Source: Octopus vulgaris (taxonomy: Eukaryota). Taken from it: DNA of 64,000 bases. The first letter of the stretch is position 1; each line of letters begins with the position of its first letter. The stretch covers positions 126,108,001 through 126,172,000 of the forward strand of contig OX597818.1 of assembly GCA_951406725.2 (NCBI GenBank). The letters run 5' to 3'. The notes beneath the pieces were generated by a model. It was not told where the DNA came from, ran no database searches, and saw only the letters and a program-made list of their open reading frames with translations. A program made the position numbers and the translations under genes. Positions 42,051 through 54,959 of the stretch are shown here, one piece after another.

Positions 42051-42554
42051 CTGGAAAGACAGATATAAAAAATAAAAAGAAAGAAGAAAATGCGGTAACA
42101 CCTTCCATATTCTCCAGATGTACTTTAAACAAACTTCCATAACTTCCCAAAACCATTTAGACGGGGAAAATATGGTTTGTAGGAAAGATATAGAAAATTA
42201 ATAAAATATGTATTTTAATTAAAAAGAAATTTTCGAATAGGATATTCAAAAACTGACAAACAGATGGAGAGAAATAACAGAAAAGGAAGAAAATTAGAAA
42301 GATAATATAGTTTCAGTATTAAATATCATGTTTGCACTTTTAAATAAATATTGAAAACCGGAGAGAACTTTGTATATAATCGTATGTATGTATGTATGTA
42401 TGTATGTATGTATGTATGTATGTATGTATGTATGTATGCATGCATGTATGTATGTATGTATGTATGTATGTATGTATGTTTGTATGTATGTATGTTTGTA
42501 TGTGTGTATGTATGTATGTAAGTAAGCAAGCAAGCAGGTAAGCAAGCAAGCAAA

Positions 42555-42644
42555 CACCCACCCATCCATCCATCCAACCATTCACCCACCCGCCCACCCA
42601 TCCATTTATCCATCCATCCGTTTGTCCGTCCATCCGTCCGTCCG

Positions 42645-42677
<33 letters not shown>

Positions 42678-43237
42678 CCATCCATTAATCCATCCATCCA
42701 TCCATCCATCCATCAATCCATCCATCCATCCATCCATCTACCCACCCACCCATCTATCCATCCATCCATCCATCCGTCCGGCCGTTCCATCCATCCATCC
42801 ATCCATCCAGCCATCCTTCCTTCCATTCATCCATCCATCCATCCACCCACCCACCCACCCACCCATCTATACGTCCATCCATCCATCCATCCATCCACCC
42901 ACCCACCCATCCGTCCATCCGTCCCTCCATCCATCCATCTATCCATCCATCCACCCATCCATCCGTCAATCCATCCATCCATCCTTCCACCCACCCGTCC
43001 GTCCGTCCGCCCGTCCATCCACCCATCCATCATTCCATCCATCCATCCATCCGTCAATCCATCCATCCATGCATCCGTCAATCCATCCATCCATCCATCC
43101 ATCCATCCATCCATACATCATTCCTTCCATCCATCTACCTACCCACCCATCTATCCATCCACCCATCCATCCATCCATCCATCCGTCAATCCATCATCTA
43201 TCAATCCGTCAATCCATCCATCCATCCATCCATTCAT

Positions 43238-43272
<35 letters not shown>

Positions 43273-43688
43273 CCCACCCACCCATCCATGCATCCATCCG
43301 TGCGGCCATCCATCCATCCATCCATCCATCCATCCATACATCCTTCCTTCCATCCATCCATCCACCCACCCACCCACCCACCCATCCATCCATCCACCCA
43401 CCCACCCATCTATCCATCCATCCATACATACATACATACATCCTTCTTCCCATCTATCCATCCATCCATCCACCCGCCCACCCATTTATCCATCTATCCA
43501 TCCATCCGTCCGGCCATCCATCCATCCATCCATCCATCCTTCCTTCTATCCATCTATCCATCCGTCCATCCACCCACCCATCCATACATCCATCTGTGCG
43601 GCCATCCATCCATCCATCCATCCATCCATCCATCCATCCATACATCCTTCCATCCATCCATCCATCCATCCATCCATCCATCCATCCA

Positions 43689-43690
<2 letters not shown>
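42555..43690. repeat. ~1.1-kb degenerate (CCAT)n satellite
   Basis: Direct reading. Confidence 0.95.
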
Positions 43691-43728
<38 letters not shown>

Positions 43729-43941
43729 GCTACTGCTGCTGCTGCTACTGCTGCTGATGATGCAGCTGCAGCTACTGCTGCTGCAAACCACCAATCGACT
43801 CAACAATGCGGCTGTCTCTTTCTACGCGAAGGATCAAAGGATAAGAGTAATTTTTTTTAAATCGTAAACGGAATGAAGTTTTAAAATATTTGGTGGGTAA
43901 TAAATACATGTAACATGACAGACATATTTTCAGAACCGTCT

Positions 43942-44462
43942 CGCTGGCAGAATCGTTAGGACGCCGGGCGAAATGCTTAGCGGTATTTCCTCTGCGGCTA
44001 CGTTCTGAGTTCAAATTCCGCCGAGGTCGACTTTGCCTTTCTTCCTTTCGGGGTCGATTAAATAAGAACCAGTTAGGCACTGGGGTCGATATAATCGACT
44101 TAGTCCGTGTGTCTATCCTTGTTTGTCCTCACTGTGTTCAGCCCCTTGTGGGTAGTAAAGAAATAGGTATTTCGTCCGCGGCTACGTTCTGTGTTCAAAT
44201 TCCGCCGAGGTCGACTTCGCCTTTCATCCTTTCGGATGATTAAATAAGTACCAGTTACGCACTGGGGATCGATATTTTCGACTTAGTCCGTTTGTCTGTC
44301 ATTGTTTGTCCCTTCTGTGTTTAGCCCCTTGTGGGTAGTAAAAAAATAGGTATTTCGTCTGCCGTTACGTTTTGGTCGCCGAGGTCGACTTTGCCTTTCA
44401 ACCTTTCGGGGTCGATAATTTAAGTATCAGTTACACACTGGGGTCGATGTAATCGACTTAAT
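43942..44462 (+). mobile_element. head-to-tail trimer of SINE family B
   Basis: Tail gtagtaaa.aaata joins the internal ggtatttcgtc twice. Confidence 0.85.
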
Positions 44463-44702
44463 CATGTCTCACAACATCTAATGACAATTGGAAACTCAAA
44501 TCGACAGCTTAGTTACCCAACGTAGATAGAAAAAAACCCAGATGTAAACTGTTCCAAGAAAGTTTAAAGATTCTTTGTTACTTTATTATCTGACTCAATC
44601 ATTATTCGACCACCTATCTTGTTTCAAAAACCAATCACTATACAATTTCTTCTTTACTTTCTTTTCATGTACCCTAATAACAATTTTTAAAGAGATAGTT
44701 GA

Positions 44703-44902
44703 TACAGTTCTATATTTAAGAGATGAGGAATTATGTATATTATTTACATTTGACGGATATTTGTCCTCATCTTGTTTGTTGTTAACACAACATTTCGGCT
44801 GATATATCCTCCAGCCTTCATCAGGTGTCTTGGGGAAATTTTTAACCTCGATTCTCATTCCTAAGGTATTTTTCGATGTTGTTGTTGTTGTTGTTATTAT
44901 TA

Positions 44903-44986
<84 letters not shown>

Positions 44987-45057
44987 TCACGGCCTGGAAT
45001 CGAACGCGGAAACTTAGGGTAAGTAGACCGCGCTCTTAACCACTACGCCATATGCCC
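44703..45057 (-). mobile_element. tRNA-headed SINE with an (AAT)n spacer and an HHR-bearing tail
   Basis: A box tggcgtagtgg (45050-45040), B box gttcgattcc (45005-44996), then (AAT)n, then body 44880-44703 with an HHR. The body recurs at 50828-50970. Confidence 0.75.
44784..44829 (-). ncRNA. minimal type I HHR motif
   Basis: gacac-CTGATGA-a-ggctgg aggatata tcagcc-GAAAt-GTT-gtgtt. Confidence 0.7.
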
Positions 45058-45065
45058 ATGGGCAA

Positions 45066-45102
<37 letters not shown>

Positions 45103-45197
45103 AATAATAATAATAATAAAATTTTTCATTTTTTCGATCTCGTTTTAAAATTAATTTTCCTTTTGTGCTATTTCTTCAGTCACAATACCTTTCATTT

Positions 45198-45557
45198 TTC
45201 TTTTACTTGTTGTAGTCAAATGGATTGCGGCCATGTTGGGGCACAGCATTGAAGAGTTTAGTCGATTAAACCGACCTCACAATGTTTTAAAGCCTGTTTT
45301 TTTGGTCACCCTCTTTTATTCAACCGCTAAGTTATGGGAATGTGAGCAAATCAACATTGATTGTCAAGCGATGGTGGTGGTGGTGGTGGAGGCAGAAACA
45401 CACATATACACACATATAGATGACGGGCTTCCTTTAGTTCCTGCCTATTAAATCCACTCACAAGGCTATGGTCAGCCCGAGGCTATAGTAAAAGACAACT
45501 GACCAAGATGCCACGCAGTGGGGCTGAGACCGCAACCATGTAGTTGGGAAGCAATCT
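45198..45557 (-). mobile_element. SINE family A, diverged
   Basis: Both halves recognisable. Confidence 0.7.
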
Positions 45558-46885
45558 TCTTACCATACTGTCATGCCATTTCAAAAATGCATTTATTTGT
45601 TAATTGATCCAATAATTAGACTTTTTAAGATTACCTTTTGTCAATCATATTACATATTTTAAAAATCACTTCATATGTTTTTATCCATTTTAAAGTCTTG
45701 GATACTTTGAAGTTTGAAGCACTTTGATATCTGGAGTACTTTGAAGTCTAAGATTAATTCAGTACTTTACAAGAACAGATTTTTGGATTATAGCTAAGAA
45801 GAAAAAAATGAAAAAGATCCCGGCCCTTTCTCTGCATCAATTATGGATAAATTGCAGCCGGCGAGATTTTGTTTTTGAACGGAATGCCAACGAAAAATTA
45901 AATTGAATTATTTTAGTAGTCCATTCTTAATGATTAACCACTGCCTGCTTTTCTAAGAAGGTCGCCCCATGCTTGCTCTATATCGTTACTCAAGTGTATA
46001 GAAATAGCAGCTAAATCATAAGCAGATCAGACTTTTATAGTCTTTGACAAAATGTGAAGGACATGTTGGATTATATATTCCAAGATGCACTAGATATGAA
46101 AAGAAGATAGGATGATCGTGTCTAGAACACTTGTAATCTTACTTAGGTCAGGTCGGCCAGAATGAATCAAGAATGGTTTGGGGGTTCCACAACAACAACA
46201 ACAACAACATCTTCAGTACACATCACAACAATCAATGGTTATCACCAACAATACCACCGCAAAATTACAGCAACAATAACGCGAGTCAATTCCTCCTCTA
46301 TGTGGTTACTCAGCATGTTCGAAAAAGAAGCCCAAAACCCTCTCGGTTCACGCTGTACCGTCATAAATAAATAACTAAAGGGACACATTAGGTAAAAAAG
46401 AGCCGGGTGGCCACTACTGGAATAGTTTTTATCAGATGTCTAATCGTTCAGAATTGAATTACAGCTAAATCACTACTAATTTACACAAATAGTCAACGAT
46501 CAGCTAGAAATAGCAGTCAGCTCATTCTAAACACTTACCCTGAAAATTTTTTTATCGCAGAACAAAAACCCAAAAACATCTGACGTCGTATAATAATTTT
46601 GTAGCTAAGAATAGGTGATTTTTGACCGAAATATCAGCTACATAAACAGTTTATTATAGGAAATGGGTAAAATATATTGTAATATAATTCCGTACAGTTT
46701 GGTTTTCTTAAATCCTTTCATTTGTGACAGCAATACTTCTGAACTATATTCCAAACATTTTATTCTAGCTATATAAATATACATACATAGACACACATGA
46801 TTTACACACACACACATACACACACATACGATGTATATATGTATATATATATATATGTATAGAAATAGCAGCTATTGTTGCTGTA

Positions 46886-47155
46886 AGGCGCATGGCTCAG
46901 TGGTTAGAGCGTCGAGCTTACGATCGTGAGGTTGTGAGCTCGAATCCCGGACCGGGCTGCGTGTTGTGTTCTTGAGCAAGGCACTTTATTTCACGTTGCT
47001 CCAGTTCACTCAGCTGTAGAAATGAGTTGCGACGTCACTGGTGCCAAGCTGTATCGACCTTTGTCTTTCCCTTGGATAACACTGGTGTCTAGGAGGGTAA
47101 CTTTCTAGGTGCAATCCCATGGTCATTCATGACCGAAGGGGGTCTTTACCCTTTA
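46886..47155 (+). mobile_element. SINE family D (tRNA-like head, cttgagcaag..actttatttcacgttgctccag core)
   Basis: A box tggctcagtgg and B-box-like gagctcgaatccc. Related to 57911-58215. Confidence 0.8.
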
Positions 47156-47326
47156 TAAATATGTATCTATATGCGTGTCAATATATATATATATATATGT
47201 GTATGTATATATATATATGTATGTATATGTATGTATATATGCGCATTATATACATATACTAAACACACACACACGCACACACACACATACGATGTATATA
47301 TTTATATATATATATATGTATATATT

Positions 47327-47357
<31 letters not shown>

Positions 47358-47895
47358 GTATCTATATGTGTGTGAATATATATATGTATATGTATATATG
47401 TATGTATATGTATGTATATGTATGTATATATGCGAATTATATACATATACTACATGCACACACGCACCCACAGATATGTACATACGTATGCGCGCGCGCA
47501 CACTCACATACATACACACATATATATGTGTTAGTCAACATGTATACAGATACACACACATATACTTAAATATATGTATATCTATACACACATACTCGTA
47601 TACATTTGAAACGAGAGAAGATGTGATAAACCTTTATTTCAATAAGCTTCAACTTTACCAACGAAAGAATAAATAAAACTGACCTGAGGCAAACTGATTA
47701 TTTCTAATGAAAAAGAAAGGAAAAACTAATAAATATACATTTGCACACACATGTATGTATGTATGTATGTATGTATTATGTAAGCATACACATACACATG
47801 TATTCATACATATTCGAACGTGTCTAAATATATATGCATATGTATATCTACGTATATGTATATATATATATATACACACATCTGTATCTGTATAG

Positions 47896-47945
47896 CAAAA
47901 ACTGTCTGATGAACGGCAACGAGAAACTCAGAGTAACAGATTTTG
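47896..47945 (+). ncRNA. type I HHR motif in TA-flanked element 47885-48043
   Basis: caaaaactgt-CTGATGA-acg gcaa cga-GAAAC-tcaga-GTA-acagattttg. AATAAA lies ~20 nt downstream. Confidence 0.75.
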
Positions 47946-48041
47946 TTGAATTTTCTGCTGCTTAAAATAAAGCATATTACTCTACCACTGGTATTTGAGT
48001 ACTCTTTTTTCCACCTTGTTTCACATTTATGTGTTTACTCC

Positions 48042-48111
<70 letters not shown>

Positions 48112-48217
48112 TATATACATACATAATATATATATATATATCCATACATATACTTATATGTGTGCATGTCTATATATATGTGTATAGATATATATATACG
48201 CACATATATACATACAC

Positions 48218-48257
<40 letters not shown>

Positions 48258-48387
48258 TTTGTGGCCAAGCGGCCAAAGATATCAAATGTAATAAACGAAG
48301 ATAATAAAACTTAAAATTAGGGAATGGGTCTGTATTTGTATGTGTATATATATATATGTGTGTATGTGTAGGTATGCATAGGTACAC

Positions 48388-48437
<50 letters not shown>

Positions 48438-49038
48438 ATGTATGTGTGTGTATATATGTGTGTATGTGTATATATGTGTATATAGGGACTAGTGTGCTGT
48501 GTGTGCATGTGTGTGTGTGGATTTGTGTGTGTATGCGTGTATGTGAGTGTATGTGTGTGTATGTGTACATATATTTTTCTGTGTGTATATGTATGTGTGG
48601 TCGTGTGTGTATATATACATGTGTGTATACGTGTATGCATGTGAGTGTGTGTATGTATACATATATGTGTATGTGTAGATATGTATATGTATGTGTAAGT
48701 GTATATATATATATATATGTATATATATATGTGTGTGTATGTATGTGTGTATGTATATGTATATATGTTTGTATGCGTGTGTATATATGTATACATATGT
48801 GCATAGGTATAAGTGAGAATCTCCTTATTTACCTAAAACTCTATTCCCCCTTTTTTTATATATATATATTTTTTTATTTTTTTATTTTTTATTTATTCTT
48901 CTATCTAATTTAACACTGACTCCTTGACCACTCCCCCAAGTATGATATTTTGCGCTATGCCTACCCCCAAAAAGTCCCCCACCAACACCCCTTTAAACCT
49001 GCCTAAATGTATAAATGCCAATACAATTCTTGTTAACT

Positions 49039-49089
49039 AGCTTCCTGAAGATTTCTCTTGAATGAAACAGTTCTAGTCCTGTAGAAGCT
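49039..49089 (+). ncRNA. type I HHR motif in TA-flanked element 48806-49175
   Basis: agcttc-CTGAAGA-tttc tctt gaat-GAAACag ttctagtc ctGTA-gaagct. AATAAA lies just downstream. Confidence 0.75.
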
Positions 49090-49440
49090 CCTTCTATATA
49101 ATAAATTAATTTTACTCTGCTATGTATTGAGTACCTTATTTACTGTGGTTAACCCCGAATCAACCCGGGACCTACATATATATATATATATATATATATG
49201 TATATTGCTATACGAGTGTGGAACAGTGGGTATGATAGGAGCATGCCAAGACATTTAAAACCAAAGGAAAAACATAGATAGGTCGACCATTCATGTCACC
49301 CTTGCAAGAAGCGTTACTGTTGTCACCCCATCACCTGCCACCCGACCACCTGCCAAAGATGGCATCATTATAAAGTAAATGAGCAAATTGCTATGACATC
49401 CACATTTGCATATACGTATGTATAAATATATATATATATA

Positions 49441-49677
49441 TATTTGCCATTTCAATATGGCTACCCCTAAGGGTGGATGCTACTGTAGTTTTTAGCCCCA
49501 GGAGGACACACTCCTCCAGCTGGCCATAGACACACTTTCTGTGTCCTGTCAGTATTTGCAAAGGGAAGTCATCCTTCCCGTCTTCAACTTATGATACACA
49601 CGGACTCGAGTTTCGAGGTATTGACCTCTCGTCAGCGTGTGACAATCACAGTTGTCGCCGAGAATTAGATCTCCTTC

Positions 49678-49681
<4 letters not shown>
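49441..49681 (-). mobile_element. PLE pLTR-like element in (TA)n
   Basis: Carries an HHR; 49441-49555 is homologous to the hairpin arm at 19179-19293. Confidence 0.75.
49597..49641 (-). ncRNA. canonical minimal type I hammerhead ribozyme
   Basis: cacacg-CTGACGA-gaggt caat acctc-GAAAC-tcga-GTC-cgtgtg. All stems are perfect; stem III is the palindrome actcgagt. Confidence 0.9.
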
Positions 49682-49743
<62 letters not shown>

Positions 49744-50079
49744 ATGTCAGTATACATACATATATATATGTATGTGTGTGTATTTGTGTATGTAGTTTAA
49801 ATACATGCTACTGACCAATCTTGATTTATTTCTCTTATATCATTTTTGTTTACATACAGACATGCATATACGCACACATATATGTGTGTGGTTTGTGTGT
49901 ATGTGTGTGTGTGTGTGTATGTGTCAATGTGCGCGTGTCTGATATTACTTGTTATATAAAACCCTTTAGTTAAATCAACATATGTCACGCTAATCCTCGC
50001 AGTCCCCCCCGTCGATGACATCCTAATTATCATCATTGTTATCGCTGTTATAATAATAGTAATTATAATAATAATATTA

Positions 50080-50115
<36 letters not shown>

Positions 50116-50354
50116 ATGGCTTCAAATTTTGCCACAACGGCTGAAATTTGGGGAAAGCAGTCAAGTCGATTACATTGACCCCTGTGAACATACTTACTTA
50201 CTTTATGACCCCGAAATGATGAAAGGCAAAGTTGACTTCGACGGAATTTGAACGCAGAACATAGCGGCAGACAAAATATCGCTAAGCATTTCGCCTATTA
50301 TGCTAACGTTCCTGTCAGCTCGCCGCCTAAATAATAATAATAATAATAATAATG

Positions 50355-50406
<52 letters not shown>

Positions 50407-50410
<4 letters not shown>

Positions 50411-50550
50411 AGTACAACACTAAGTACAAAACCAGATATATGGCACCCTAGGCATAACACCAACATGAACTTCCAACTTATCTCTTGAGGTCTCTGGGTG
50501 AGACTTCGAACCAACTTGTACAAATGTAAAGCAAAAGTCAAAGATAGAAT
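50407..50550 (+). mobile_element. 3' UTR fragment of the R4/Dong-like element in (TAA)n
   Basis: Homologous to the reverse complement of 1250-1360 (caccctaggcataacaccaacatgaacttc...tcttgaggtctctgggtgagactt). Confidence 0.8.
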
Positions 50551-50874
50551 AATAATAATAATTGTATCAAATTTGCCACAAGAGCAGCCATTTCAAGGGA
50601 GAGGCCGAGTTCAGTGTTCAACTGGTATTTTATTGACCTTGAAAGGATGAAAGCAAAGTTGACCCCAGTGCGTAACTGGTCCTTAATTTATCGACCCCGA
50701 AAAGATAAAAGGCGGAATTCCTCTGCGGAATTTGAAATCAGAACGTAGCAGCAGACGAAATACTGCTAAACATTCCGTCCAGCAAGCTAATAATTCTGCC
50801 AACTCTAATAATAATAATAATAATAATACATTATTTACATTCGATGGATATTTGTCCTCATCTTGTTTGTTGTT

Positions 50875-50920
50875 AACACAACGTTTCGGCTGATATACCC
50901 TCCAGCCTTCTTCAAGTATC
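50875..50920 (-). ncRNA. second copy of the SINE-tail HHR (core decayed)
   Basis: gatac-tTGAAGA-a-ggctgg agggtata tcagcc-GAAAC-GTT-gtgtt, within body 50828-50970. Confidence 0.55.
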
Positions 50921-50967
50921 TTGGGGAAATTTCGAACCTCGGTTCTCATTCCTCAGGTATTTTTCGA

Positions 50968-51039
<72 letters not shown>

Positions 51040-51286
51040 CATTATCATCATTATTATTATTATTATTATTATGTCCCTCATTATTTAAATTTAAAAATAA
51101 ATATGTTCTCTAATAGGCAGCATTAACTGCAGTAAATAATTTACTGCAGATTTTGTTTCCGGAATTTAGCTCGCCAGAACTCAGACATTTGAAATTAACC
51201 CCAATGTAATCGGTGGAACTAAGCACGTGTCTGTTTTTATACGGAAAACTGGTGGTTAGTTTTACAAATTATATTGCTTGTGGAAC

Positions 51287-51366
51287 GATCGTACTGACGA
51301 GCCCTACGGACGAAGGATTACGTAAGTGATTTATTCGTTAATAGGCGAAACCCCCGGTCTGCGATT
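51287..51366 (+). ncRNA. type I HHR with extended stem II, in element 51072-51641
   Basis: gatcgta-CTGACGA-gcc..cgaa ggattac GTAA gtgattt a ttcg..ggc-GAAAC-ccccg-GTC-tgcgatt. Confidence 0.8.
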
Positions 51367-51637
51367 AATTCTTGTTTTTTTTTATATAATTTTCATCTGT
51401 TTTGCCCGCATATTGTTCTGGTGTCCACTGAATTTTTCTCTAGAGAACATTCTTTTCTTTGTTGTTTGATCGTAGGTGATCTACTTCTAGCATATGGCTG
51501 ACCACATAGTGGTTTTAGCCCTTTAAATATACACATGTATTAGAATTTTTTCTGATTTTTCAGATTTTTGCATGCTAGGCTACTGGTTTTCAATTGATAT
51601 TAATTAAATTAATATTCAATTTATCTCCCTCATTATT

Positions 51638-51710
<73 letters not shown>

Positions 51711-51716
<6 letters not shown>

Positions 51717-51910
51717 TAGTAAAAAGTGAAAAAACTACAGAAGGCTTGTTTTAAAAGGTTAAAAAATATATATTTGTTTGAGTCATTCTTCAGACATAAT
51801 GAATCAAACAAATATATATTTTTTAACCTTTAAAACAAGCCTTCTGTAGTTTTTTCACTTTTTACTATTTTCTATATATTCAACCACGTGCTTTCACACA
51901 CCAACTTTCT

Positions 51911-51914
<4 letters not shown>
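51711..51914 (+). repeat. fold-back element between (TA)(GA)n and (TA)n, ~76-bp arms
   Basis: Arms 51711-51787/51798-51873, tail to 51914. Confidence 0.88.
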
Positions 51915-51974
<60 letters not shown>

Positions 51975-51977
<3 letters not shown>

Positions 51978-52366
51978 TTTATTCTTTTATTTGTTTCAGT
52001 CATTTGACTGCGGCCATGCTGAAGCACCGCCTTTAGTCGAGCAAATTGACCCCAGGACTTTATATATTCTTTATATGCCTAGTACTTATTCTATCGGTCC
52101 CTCTTGCAGAACCGCTTAGTGACGGGGACTTAAACACACCAGCATCGGTTGTCAAGCGATGTTGGGGGGATAAACACAGGCACACAAACATATACATACA
52201 CACACACACATATATATACGACGGGCTTCTTTCAGTTTCCGTCTACCAAATCTACTCACAAGGCTTTGGTCGGCCCGAGGCTATAGTAGAAGACACTTGC
52301 CCAAGGTGCTACGCAGTGGGACTGAACCCGGAACCATGTGGTTGGGAAGCAAGCTACTTGCCACAC
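51975..52366 (-). mobile_element. SINE family A
   Basis: Near-consensus match. Confidence 0.85.
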
Positions 52367-52964
52367 ATGCTCAGATACTTTAAATTTGAATATAACAATA
52401 TAACACGATTGTAAAGGACCAACAGAAAAATAAGTAATAATGATATCCTCACTTCTACTATCCTCACCACCACCCGTCTACCTCTTCTCCGAAACCATTA
52501 TCAGTATGTTTGACGCATGAAGAAGACAAAACAGTTGTTCGTCCTCATCTGACCGACAACACACGTGCATAGTTCACACCCGATTTATCCCGATAGGTCA
52601 AGCAAGTCCGTTCCCTGAAGTTGAACCCGCAAACCTCGAAAACACCGGAAGAATAACAATGTGTAAAACACTTGTACGGAAATCTTGCGCAAACTTGTAT
52701 CCTCCCCATCCTCTACACCTAACACCACTCCTACCGTCATATTTCTTCCCAGTTAGCATAATATCAGGATTTACACATGTTTTGCCAACCCGCCTCTGCC
52801 GCCTCTATCACTACGGTAACCCATATTCACCATCATAACCATCAACAAACTTCATAACCATCATCACCACCAACGCTACCATTGCTGCCATCAGCGTTGA
52901 CACTGCAACCAAGTATCAGCAGAAACATCACACCGCAACCACCACCGTTACCAGTAACACAACA

Positions 52965-53440
52965 TCAGCACCACCACCAGCACCAGCACCACTGCCACCA
53001 CCACCAGCAGCAGCGCCACCACCAGCAGCGCCACCAGCAGCAGCAGCATCACCACCACCACCACCACCACCATTACCACTACCACCACCACCACCACCAC
53101 TACCACCACCACCACTACTACCACCATTACCACTACCACCACCACCACCACCACCACCACCACCACCACCACCACCACTACCACCACCACCACCACCACC
53201 ACCACCGCCACCACCACTACCACCACTACCACCACCACCACCACCACCACTACCACCACCACCACCACCACCACCACTACCACTACCACCACTACCGCGA
53301 CCACTACCACCACCACCACCACTACCACCACTACCACCACCACTACCACCATCACCACCACCACCACCACCACTACCACCACTACCACCACCACCACCAC
53401 TAACACCACTGCAACAACGACGACCACCACCACCACCAAC
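52965..53440. repeat. (CAC/TAC)n trinucleotide tract
   Basis: Direct reading. Confidence 0.9.
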
Positions 53441-54092
53441 ACGACTTCCGCCGCCGCTCCAGCCGCCGCCGCCGCCGCCGCCGTTTCATTTTTTAAATGA
53501 GTTCTAAGGCAGATGTTGGTATTGTCATTCGGAGGCCAATTCAAACAGATTCAGAAACAAGTGTCTTTGTGCATGTGTATGCATATGTGAGTGTATATAT
53601 GTGTGTGTATGTATGCGTGTGTGTGTGTGTGTGTGTGCAAATAGGATGGGGGTGATGGATGAAAAGTGGGTAGGAGAATATTTGTTTTTGTCGTTCCGTT
53701 TTCTGTATTTGTTTTGTTTTTGTTTTCCTCTATTTTAATCTTCTCCTTTACACCATCATCACCATCATCGTAACGATTATCTTTAACACCACCACCGCCA
53801 CCACAACGAAACAATGCACTCGTTGGCCTTGTTAAAAATTAGCTGTGAAAATCGAGATTAAACAGCCGACTGCATATTTTTTAAAAGATAAAAAAAATGA
53901 TGAGGAGAGCGTCAAATAATGTAGGTTTTGATACCTTTTAAATAAGAGCAAGGTCATGGATGGATTGTCTTTGATCATAGGTATGTTTTGATCAGAATTG
54001 ATGTATTGGTAAAGAGCAAATTTGCACATCAAATCCCTACTTTTCATCCCTTCCAACTCTCCGTCATTGTCATCGTTGTCATCATCACCACC

Positions 54093-54126
<34 letters not shown>

Positions 54127-54336
54127 TTGTCATCGTCAACATCGTCGTCGACATCGTCGTCGTGCGCCTCCTCCTCCTCATCATCATCATCACCGTCGTC
54201 GTCATCATCGTCTTAACCATCGTCGTCGTCGTCGTCATCATCATCATCATCATCATCATTATCATCGTCGTCGTCGTCATCATTGTCTTAATCATCATCG
54301 TTATCATCATCATCATTATCACCGTCGTCGTCGTCG

Positions 54337-54370
<34 letters not shown>

Positions 54371-54959
54371 TATCAACACCATCACCATCCCTCTCTTCAA
54401 CTTCTGCCTCATTCCCTTCAGCGTCGTCGTTGTTTATTTTTGTTATGCTTTGAGTTTTTGTTTTCTCTTCTTCCTACAGCAGCTGGTTGAATTGACTAAA
54501 TACATCCCATCAAATGAGCAACCTTCCGTATCAATATGAGAAAACAATGTCTTGCTCATCATCATCAGTATCATCATCATCTATGCCGTCAACAACTATT
54601 CTCAACAGGTTTCACAGATCATTGACTATTATCTAATTGACCAATTAATTAATTGACGAAGAGCTATTAGTTTAAACCGAAAGAGGACACGCTGTTTTTC
54701 CTCTTAAGTTTGACAATATGTCTATAACATACCCGGAAGAAATGTCTCCCGCACTTGTCGACATGCATATAATGATATTAAGTCATTGAGCAAATATGTT
54801 TTTTTGAACCCTCCAAAATTTTTGGTGTTCACCGCCTTATAAAAAGGCAAACAAATAAAATAATTCCGTTTTGGTATTTGGTTTGCAAAATTCTTTATGT
54901 GAATTCGTGTGTTGAAGCATATTTTATTCTGTCTGGGGACAGTCATTCGTTTTTAGTAC

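Noticed and set aside
42622-43860. 412-aa ORF (HPSI repeats)
   Set aside because: Translation of the (CCAT)n satellite.
51785-51800. CTGAAGA (minus) at the hairpin loop
   Set aside because: The rest of the HHR is missing; may be chance.
52882-53544. His-rich and Val-rich ORFs
   Set aside because: (CAC)n tract open on both strands, with no splice or coding context.
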